A stretch of 64,000 bases of DNA, taken from the NCBI GenBank assembly GCA_963663225.1, contig OY760142.1, positions 1,760,001-1,824,000 on the forward strand, written 5' to 3'. Made by a program: the position numbers and the translations under genes. The notes under the pieces are model-generated. The model worked only from the letters and a program-made list of their open reading frames with translations. It had not been told where the DNA came from and ran no database searches. Of this stretch, positions 57,745 through 64,000 are shown in pieces (within the stretch, counting starts at the first letter, position 1; every line of letters starts with the position of its first letter). This DNA is from Nitrospirota bacterium (GTDB lineage: Bacteria > Nitrospirota > UBA9217).

Positions 57745-57785
57745 AAACTACAAACTTTTTATCGAAAATAGACGCGCGTTCAACA

Positions 57786-58174
57786 ACTGGGCGCAAACGC
57801 CTACATTGCCAAGCCGATCCAGACTGCGGACCTTCTGAACACGGTCAGCCAGATTTTGGGCGGCAAAGGATAAGCGGACCGAGGATACAACCAGCCGAAG
57901 CATGTCTTAAAGGACGGGAGACGCAACATTGCCCGTCCTTTTTTATGCCCGGACCCGGCAGGAGTTTCGAGGCTTAAAACGGGAGCGAAAAACAAAACCT
58001 GCTAGATTCGCAGCCATCCGCGCCTGTCGGCAAAGGATGCAATTATCCCTACGAGAAAAGCAAGGCCCACGTTCCAAATGGCGAACGCGGCAGTGGCAAG
58101 AGTGATAAAACGTTCTCCGGTGTTTTTGCCGAAGTCGCCTGCTCCCAGGGCAAGCTGTGCTCCCGTAAGAAACA
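57786..58174. repeat. Direct repeat copy 2; includes an orphan cheY 3' fragment (57786-57873)
   Basis: actgggcgcaaacgcctacattgcc...aaaggataa is identical to 56131-56218. Confidence 0.95.
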
Positions 58175-59225
58175 ACACGACACCGAGAACAGACTGCGGC
58201 AGCAACCGAAACAGGATTTCTACCGAGCCGCTAAAAAACAGGGCCATTACAAGCAGAATACCTCCCAGAATGATCGGAGCGCCTCCCGTTTTTGCGCCAA
58301 AGGCAACGTGACCGGCCATGCCGCCTGCGCCATGGCACATCGGAACGCCTCCGATCGATGAACCGAACACATTCAAAAGACCGGTTGAAACCGCAATGCC
58401 TTTTTCAGTGACCGGCCTGTCCGGGAAAAGCCTGTTGTTCTCTTCCCGGATCGCGATGATGGCGTTCCCCAACGTGAGCGGCAACTGGGGGATGGCAAGA
58501 AATACCGAACCGGCAAGAAAGTCCTTCCAGGTGATCTGGTGCAACGCAAAGACGGGAAGCTTGAACGACATGGAAACACCGGCAAGAGCCGTTACGAATT
58601 CCGGATTTTGAACGAGACTGCATACCGCACCGAATGCCAGCAACAGCACCATTGCCGGTATGGTGCTGTTTTTCAAAAAGAACACAGTTCCCGTCAATCC
58701 GATGAACGCTATAAGCCAGCCGCTCGCCATCATTTTCACACCCTCAAGCATGAAACTCATGCCAAGTCCCAGAATGATGCCGGTCAGAACCGGCCGGGAA
58801 ATGAGCTTTGCAATCTTCGTTGTTGCGCCGGTCAGCGCAAGCAGCAGCCAGGCAAGACCGGTCACGAGACCCGCGGCATAAATTGCGGCGGGAGTAATGG
58901 CCGTTTGTGCCGCCTGCGTCGCGGCCGCGGCGCCTATCGCCTTCATGGGTTGCACGGGAAATGGTGTGCGGTAGTAAAAGCCGCAGAAAATAAGGGCAAC
59001 GCCGAACGCGAACAGCACTCCGAGGGGGTCGATTTTTACCATCCCGATATAGGCGACAACAAAAGGAACGAGGGTCCCGAGATCACCAAACGCTCCTGCC
59101 CATTCCATGCGGTCGAAACGGTTTTTAGTCCTGGAAGATGGCAATGCTGTTTCTTGCTTATCCGGTTCGCGCTGATCAGGAGCATCAGGGGATGCTTCCG
59201 GTTTCAGAGGGTTCTCAGCCAACAA
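58002..59225 (-). CDS. MOT1-family putative molybdate/sulfate transporter
   Basis: EWAGAFGDLGT, PVQPMKAI, PQLPLTLGNA, PMCHGAGG.AGH..FGAKTG. Confidence 0.9.
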   Translation of the reverse strand: MLAENPLKPEASPDAPDQREPDKQETALPSSRTKNRFDRMEWAGAFGDLGTLVPFVVAYIGMVKIDPLGVLFAFGVALIFCGFYYRTPFPVQPMKAIGAAAATQAAQTAITPAAIYAAGLVTGLAWLLLALTGATTKIAKLISRPVLTGIILGLGMSFMLEGVKMMASGWLIAFIGLTGTVFFLKNSTIPAMVLLLAFGAVCSLVQNPEFVTALAGVSMSFKLPVFALHQITWKDFLAGSVFLAIPQLPLTLGNAIIAIREENNRLFPDRPVTEKGIAVSTGLLNVFGSSIGGVPMCHGAGGMAGHVAFGAKTGGAPIILGGILLVMALFFSGSVEILFRLLPQSVLGVVLFLTGAQLALGAGDFGKNTGERFITLATAAFAIWNVGLAFLVGIIASFADRRGWLRI

Positions 59226-59465
59226 AAACTCCTGGAGGGTTGCGGAATTTTATGATGTGAACAAATTATAGCAAAAATTGAATTATCAGTAGTTATAATG
59301 TTTAGTTCACCTTGAATCATACCGAAATGGAGAAGCTCCTTCAGGTGTTCAGACCCTTCAATGTCAATTTCTGACAGTCATAACAGTCTTTGCACTTTGA
59401 TTGCAAACTCAAAAAAAATTCTTTTTGATACCCTGTAAACAGAATTAGGCATCCTCTCAATTGTA

Positions 59466-59711
59466 TCAACTTTTTTCAGCTTGAATGAGTTCCTTCACTC
59501 TCTCTAGATTCGGTAAGGGCTTGCCGGAGTGTTTGAGTTTTCCATTAATGATGAGCCCAGGTGTAGATAAAATGCCGTGCCGGGCAATCTCGGCGATGTC
59601 TGTAACTTTCACAATATTTGCATCGATGCCGAGTTCTTTTACTGCTTTTCTAGCCATTTCTTCCATATTGTGGCAATTTGCGCAACCAGGACCCAGAACT
59701 TTGATCTCCAT
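59466..59711 (-). CDS. Small redox-active disulfide (thioredoxin_3 family) protein
   Basis: MEIKVLGPGCANC..KVTDI..GILSTPGLIING. Confidence 0.92.
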   Translation of the reverse strand: MEIKVLGPGCANCHNMEEMARKAVKELGIDANIVKVTDIAEIARHGILSTPGLIINGKLKHSGKPLPNLERVKELIQAEKS

Positions 59712-59740
59712 CGTTTCATCCTCCTCGTAGATTGCCTTCG

Positions 59741-60187
59741 TTATTTCCTTGATGCGATTTTTATAACAGGTTGTCTTTGTGCCGCCTGCGGTAGCTTCAA
59801 GGAGAAAACAATCGATGCAGCAACAAGACCCGCCCGGACAATCAGATCAGCAGGGATTGCCTCATGGGTTTGATCCTCATACTCGACAGTCCTGCACTCC
59901 GCGTCACCACATGTCTCACAGCATCTGCTCTGTCCGGTGGTCGCACCAAGCCATTCTTCTACAGCCTTTCCAGCAATAGTGATCTTATTGGATTGCAATA
60001 CATCCTTCGTAAAGCTCTCCCGATCGATTGCTTTTTTTCTCAGAATAACATCGATGCCATGAGGAGCAAGAGTTCGTTTCAGGTTGTTTGCAGCTTTTTC
60101 GACTTCTTGTTCCGTGGAACCACACCGAGGGCATGTTTTTTCCTGCTCATCCAGCAGCCTTTGCCATTCAATAGTGAGCACCTTCAT
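59741..60187 (-). CDS. DUF2703-family Cys-rich thioredoxin-like protein
   Basis: IEWQRL..TCPRCGST, SNKI.I.G..EEWLG, CCETCGDAECRTV, EAIP. Confidence 0.8.
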   Translation of the reverse strand: MKVLTIEWQRLLDEQEKTCPRCGSTEQEVEKAANNLKRTLAPHGIDVILRKKAIDRESFTKDVLQSNKITIAGKAVEEWLGATTGQSRCCETCGDAECRTVEYEDQTHEAIPADLIVRAGLVAASIVFSLKLPQAAQRQPVIKIASRK

Positions 60188-60199
60188 GTCCGATACCTC

Positions 60200-61147
60200 C
60201 TACAAAATAGCATTAAACAGATAGCCAACTATGATAACTCCGATTGTGACAATGCCAAAAAACGTGTAAATAAGACGCATCTTCAGCACATTCTTTAATA
60301 TGACAGCTTCCGGCAGAGAAATAGCAGTTACCGACATCATAAAGGCCAGGACCGTCCCCATCGCCATTCCTTTGCCAACAAGAGCCTGAACAACAGGGAT
60401 CATGCCGGCCGCATTGCTATAAAGCGGTATCCCAATCAAGACCGCAACCAGCACGGCAAATGGATTGCCAGGTCCGGCGTATTTAGCTACAAAATCAGTG
60501 GGAACATACCCATGGACGATAGCCCCAAGTCCGATCCCGACGACCACATATGGCCAGATTTTTTTTAAAAGTTGAATCGTATAATCGCGGGCAAAAATAA
60601 GCTTATCCCGAAAAGTTGTTTGCATTATTTCTGTTTCAGCTGCCTTTATCGTCCAAACGTAATCCTGAACGTACTTCTCCATCTTAAGTCTGCCTATTAT
60701 AATTCCGGACACAATGGCAATGAGGACCCCTGTTCCAGTGTAGATAACAGCGATCTTCCATCCAAAAAGTCCCCAGAGCATGATCAAGGCGACTTCATTG
60801 ACCATGGGAGAAGAGATGAGAAAGGAAAAGGTCACTCCGATCGGAATTCCTGCCTCGACAAAACCGATAAAAAGCGGAACCGCGGAGCAGGAGCAAAACG
60901 GCGTGACAATCCCGAGCAATGCCGCCATGATATTGCCCACGAATTCCTTCTCATGGGACAGTATTTGCCTTGTTTTTTCCGGAGTAAAATACGCCCTGAT
61001 GACCGCCACGACGAAGACAATGGTGATAAGAAGAAAAAATATTTTGAGGGTGTCGTAAATAAAAAAAATGAGGGCATCGCCCAGATGGCTGGTATTATCC
61101 AGTTTGAGCAATGTATAGGTGAGATAATCGGCGAATTCCTTGAGCAC
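60200..61147 (-). CDS. ArsP/DUF318-family permease
   Basis: FFIYDTLKIF, GIVTPFCSCSAVP, FLISSPMVNE, GIPLYSNAAG, LAFMMSV..SLPE. Probable GTG start at 61147 after GGAGG. Confidence 0.9.
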   Translation of the reverse strand: MLKEFADYLTYTLLKLDNTSHLGDALIFFIYDTLKIFFLLITIVFVVAVIRAYFTPEKTRQILSHEKEFVGNIMAALLGIVTPFCSCSAVPLFIGFVEAGIPIGVTFSFLISSPMVNEVALIMLWGLFGWKIAVIYTGTGVLIAIVSGIIIGRLKMEKYVQDYVWTIKAAETEIMQTTFRDKLIFARDYTIQLLKKIWPYVVVGIGLGAIVHGYVPTDFVAKYAGPGNPFAVLVAVLIGIPLYSNAAGMIPVVQALVGKGMAMGTVLAFMMSVTAISLPEAVILKNVLKMRLIYTFFGIVTIGVIIVGYLFNAIL

Positions 61148-61157
61148 TGCACCCTCC

Positions 61158-61206
61158 ATATATAAAAAATATTTTATATATTATCAAGGAAAATGCTATA
61201 TGTCAA
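61158..61206 (-). promoter_or_regulatory. Sigma70 promoter with an overlapping AT-rich palindromic operator
   Basis: Minus strand TTGACA-17 nt-TAATAT with extended TG. 10-4-10 inverted repeat atatataaaa-aata-ttttatatat at 61158-61181. Confidence 0.65.
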
Positions 61207-61348
61207 TGAATATTAAATATTTTTCATGCAGGCATGTATATAAGTTTATATAAAATATAGATGCTGGAGCTTTCACTAACCAACCGAATGGTCGTTCTGG
61301 ATATTACTTGAAATTGGCGCAGCCATCGATTCTCCCGGATAAAGTAAG

Positions 61349-61375
61349 ATGCCCTGCCTTTTCGAGGTAGGGCAT
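61349..61375. terminator. Hairpin downstream of the CMD-family gene
   Basis: atgccctgcct-tttcg-aggtagggcat. Confidence 0.5.
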
Positions 61376-61421
61376 GAATCATATTAATATTCTATTCAAT
61401 CGTCCAAGAAAGCCGATCATT

Positions 61422-61679
61422 TCATTGGCAACAGCGACCCATCCAAGAATTACATGACATGGTGGTTTCCGTTTTGCTTATGTTATCCACGAACTTATCC
61501 ATCTGTGAAGCTGCACCCATTCTCACGGCCTTTCCAACTTCAATGGCCTCTGAAATTTCCTTCTCGTCCGCTCCGTTCTCCTTTGCCTTGCCGATATGAT
61601 GTTTTATACAGGGCTGGCAATTTGCTGTAAGCGAGGCCCCTACGGCAATCAAGCTCCTGGTTTTATTGTCAAGTCCCAT
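61422..61679 (-). CDS. Carboxymuconolactone decarboxylase/AhpD-like protein
   Basis: LDNKTRSLIAVGASLTANCQPCIKHH..A..GA..EISEAI, C-terminal CC. Confidence 0.85.
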   Translation of the reverse strand: MGLDNKTRSLIAVGASLTANCQPCIKHHIGKAKENGADEKEISEAIEVGKAVRMGAASQMDKFVDNISKTETTMSCNSWMGRCCQ

Positions 61680-61726
61680 GTGATCTCCTTCTTTCATCTT
61701 CTTTGTCGCTCGGTTTAATACATCAA

Positions 61727-62230
61727 CTACAACATCTCGGCTACCTTTTGCGCAACGGTGCGCGCGTGAGCCTGTATCTGATCTGGCGGCATTTCTTCTA
61801 TCCCAAACATTGACCGATCGAACTTATAAAACCGATCAGCAATGATGACTTCCGGTTGAAGACCATTAATGACACCTTTCATCATGCGCGATGAACACTC
61901 GATTAGGCATCCTTCAAGAGCAATCAGCCGTCCAGCATTTTTTACCACATTACGCTGGCCGGTGTCTTTAGTGAACGCACCGCCCAGACATATTCTGATG
62001 GTTTTTTCCGGGGCAAGGGAATAGCTGAGGATATTCGCCGCCTGCCGTGCCACCTCACCTCGCAAACACGCACCTTCACAGCACATAACCGCGACGGGCT
62101 TGTTCTTTTGTCGCTCCGCATAATCCTCGCATAATGAGCAGCTGTTTTTTGTTTTCTCGATGCGCGCGATTTCATAACTGTTTATAGTGTTACCTTCAGT
62201 ACCAACTCCACAATAACCCTTTTCATTCAT
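61727..62230 (-). CDS. DGC-domain putative zinc-binding protein
   Basis: CSLCED, MCCEGACLRGEVARQAAN, RICLG, IALEGCLIECS. ATG at 62230. Confidence 0.8.
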   Translation of the reverse strand: MNEKGYCGVGTEGNTINSYEIARIEKTKNSCSLCEDYAERQKNKPVAVMCCEGACLRGEVARQAANILSYSLAPEKTIRICLGGAFTKDTGQRNVVKNAGRLIALEGCLIECSSRMMKGVINGLQPEVIIADRFYKFDRSMFGIEEMPPDQIQAHARTVAQKVAEML

Positions 62231-62285
62231 TACTTTCTCCTCTTTAATCTGTTTAATTATAATTCTCGTCACACTTATTACTGAT

Positions 62286-62537
62286 TCAGCTTCTCGTCTT
62301 GGAAATATTCCTGAGCATCTCCTCATATTGACTGTGGTCTATTTCACCGAGGGCGTATCTCTTTTTCAGGATTTCTTCTGCTGAGTCCTCTAAAGATCTG
62401 TTTCTTTCGGTCGGGAACATCCACTTCCCCATGCAATGAGACCTATGCATCATGAAAATACAACCAATGATCATGATGAGCATAAAAAGTGGAAAGAACC
62501 ACCAGAAGCCTCCGCACCAATATTCCCAGCCAAACAT
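62286..62537 (-). CDS. Membrane-anchored SHOCT-domain protein
   Basis: One TM helix, then SAEEILKKRYALGEIDHSQYEEM. Confidence 0.85.
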   Translation of the reverse strand: MFGWEYWCGGFWWFFPLFMLIMIIGCIFMMHRSHCMGKWMFPTERNRSLEDSAEEILKKRYALGEIDHSQYEEMLRNISKTRS

Positions 62538-62568
62538 TGATTTCACCTCCTTCGGTTCCGTTTGATCC

Positions 62569-62597
62569 TATAGACGGAATCGAGCACGAAAGGATAC
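62569..62597 (-). promoter_or_regulatory. ECF-type promoter, copy A
   Basis: Minus strand GTATCC-15 nt-CGTCTA(TA), upstream of the SHOCT gene. Confidence 0.75.
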
Positions 62598-62655
62598 ATT
62601 GAAAGAAATTAATTGTGAGGATATTCAGGAGAGAACAGGTTGAGGGTAGATAAAA

Positions 62656-63222
62656 TTATTTTTCGGACTTCTTGTCACACATGAGTTCGTTGCGGTCATC
62701 ACGATAAAAGTCGCACTGGCATTCCATGGCTTTCCGTAAGCGGGTTCGTGCGCGATGAAGCCTGATTTTTACAGTTTCAAGGCTTAATCCCAACATATCC
62801 GCGATCTCTCGGTTTGTGAATCCTTCAAACTCACTTAGGAGAAGGACAGAACGATAATTTTCAGGCAGTTGGTCGATAATGCCGCGAATACAAGCATTCA
62901 TTTCCTTCAGGATATGTTTCTCATCTGTCCCCGATAGCGACGCATCAGAAATTTCATCTGCCAGATCCATATCATCGATAAGCAATGATTTTTTTCTTTG
63001 TTTTGCTTGTGCAGAAAGCATATGATCATATGCTGTATTTGTCGCTATACGGTAAATCCAGGTTGCCAACGATGATTCTCCTCGAAAATCATCAAGCGAT
63101 TGGCTAACCTTAAGAAATACTGTCTGTGCCAAGTCTTGAGCATCTGCTTCGCCACAAAGACGGCTTAAATATCGTTCTATTTTTGGTTGAAATTCCAGGT
63201 AGACATTGTCAAAATCTTGCAT
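62656..63222 (-). CDS. ECF sigma factor with a Cys-containing C-terminal extension
   Basis: DAQDLAQTVFLKV, FRGESSLATWIYRIATN, LPENYRSVLLL.EFEG..EIA..LETVKIRLHRAR. Tail CQCDFYRDDRNELMCD. Confidence 0.92.
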   Translation of the reverse strand: MQDFDNVYLEFQPKIERYLSRLCGEADAQDLAQTVFLKVSQSLDDFRGESSLATWIYRIATNTAYDHMLSAQAKQRKKSLLIDDMDLADEISDASLSGTDEKHILKEMNACIRGIIDQLPENYRSVLLLSEFEGFTNREIADMLGLSLETVKIRLHRARTRLRKAMECQCDFYRDDRNELMCDKKSEK

Positions 63223-63241
63223 ATTCTGCACCTCTTAATAT

Positions 63242-63271
63242 TATAGACGGGAAAATGAAGAAAAAGGATAC
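63242..63271 (-). promoter_or_regulatory. ECF-type promoter, copy B (putatively autoregulatory)
   Basis: Minus strand GTATCC-16 nt-CGTCTA(TA), upstream of the sigma gene. Confidence 0.75.
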
Positions 63272-63413
63272 GGTGGGGGCAATTTTTTTTAATTCTCATT
63301 CCGGAGCCCTTTCGGTGGGGTTAACTAATACACCTACAATTCTGCACTGAGCAAATTGTCAACAGCATGCAAGACTTCTAGTCAAATCATGCATTTTTTT
63401 ATAAAACCTTGGG

Positions 63414-63638
63414 CTACTTTTTTTTGCTTCTTTCCTTAAAAAATACTTTTTCAAATAACATAGTAATGAATACTGCGATAGGAATGATCAATATAAGTTC
63501 AAAAATATTTTTTAATGAAAATATATCATTATTGCTAGAGACCGATATCTGATGTAACTTAACGATAATAACGAGTGCCAAGCAGAGAACTACTCTAACA
63601 ATTATTTTGGACTTATTTTTCTTCATAAAGTGGTTCAT
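63414..63638 (-). CDS. Small two-TM hypothetical membrane protein
   Basis: 74-aa AT-rich ORF with two hydrophobic segments. Confidence 0.45.
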   Translation of the reverse strand: MNHFMKKNKSKIIVRVVLCLALVIIVKLHQISVSSNNDIFSLKNIFELILIIPIAVFITMLFEKVFFKERSKKK

Positions 63639-63714
63639 TTAATTTAATCTGTCCTAAAGTTTGAGAGGTTTAAATAACCAGGAAGTAGCAAGTAACCCTA
63701 CATAATTGCAGGCT

Positions 63715-63999
63715 TTAAGTTCGCTGCCTCTCGTTTGAACGTAACGAAATAACTTTTCCAGCCATAGCACCAAGTACAATACACCCTAGGATGTCGAGAA
63801 AAGATGAAACTGTTGATCTCAAGAAGCTGATTTCAAATAGGAAGCTCCCATCCGGCATTTTTATCTGTTCATATGGGATGAGTAGTTCAAAAACTGTGGA
63901 CACAGGGCTGATTAAATAACTCATCCCTTTTAAAAATAGAAATAAAATATAATTAGTTGCAAATGATGTCTGTGCAGCTGTGTAAAGAATAAGAGTCAC
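63715..63999 (-). CDS. Hypothetical membrane protein, 5' end probably outside the window
   Basis: Hydrophobic ORF running to the window edge. Confidence 0.45.
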   Translation of the reverse strand: MTLILYTAAQTSFATNYILFLFLKGMSYLISPVSTVFELLIPYEQIKMPDGSFLFEISFLRSTVSSFLDILGCIVLGAMAGKVISLRSNERQRT

Positions 64000-64000
64000 A

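Noticed and set aside
57801-57995. 64-aa minus-strand ORF
   Set aside because: It is an antisense reading of the duplicated cheY tail and terminator.
59466-62230. Selenocysteine read-through in the Cys-rich redox genes
   Set aside because: The CxxC-type motifs are all encoded as Cys in uninterrupted ORFs of normal length.

Overview
A 64-kb bacterial chromosomal segment. The gene content suggests a diderm anaerobe or facultative organism of Nitrospirota/Desulfobacterota type (inference). A GC-rich housekeeping backbone (comM, rnj, glgP, cobB, uppP, ftsK, lolA, yajQ) is interspersed with AT-richer accessory genes. The main modules are: (i) a 16-kb chemosensory cluster (DUF4388/MshEN-like-GAF protein, CheY, CheA, ExeA-like AAA ATPase, CheW, two very long ~64-heptad MCPs, CheW, HEAT-repeat protein, CheR, CheB, coiled-coil-GAF protein, CheY), in which one MCP carries a C-terminal, cytoplasmic PhnD-type solute-binding domain; (ii) a BaeSR-Spy-OMF/MacAB-like envelope-stress and export module with a recognisable BaeR-type box; (iii) an orphan RstA-like regulator behind a sigma54-type promoter, followed by TACA repeats and an internally duplicated EF-hand protein; (iv) an ECF sigma factor with a Cys-rich tail, a twice-repeated candidate promoter and a Cys-rich metal/arsenic-type gene set; (v) a ~390-bp direct duplication of a convergent gene junction that brackets a single lipoprotein gene plus a REP doublet. 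No tRNA, rRNA, CRISPR array, integrase or complete transposase was seen. All calls are from motif recognition by eye; no database searches were run.
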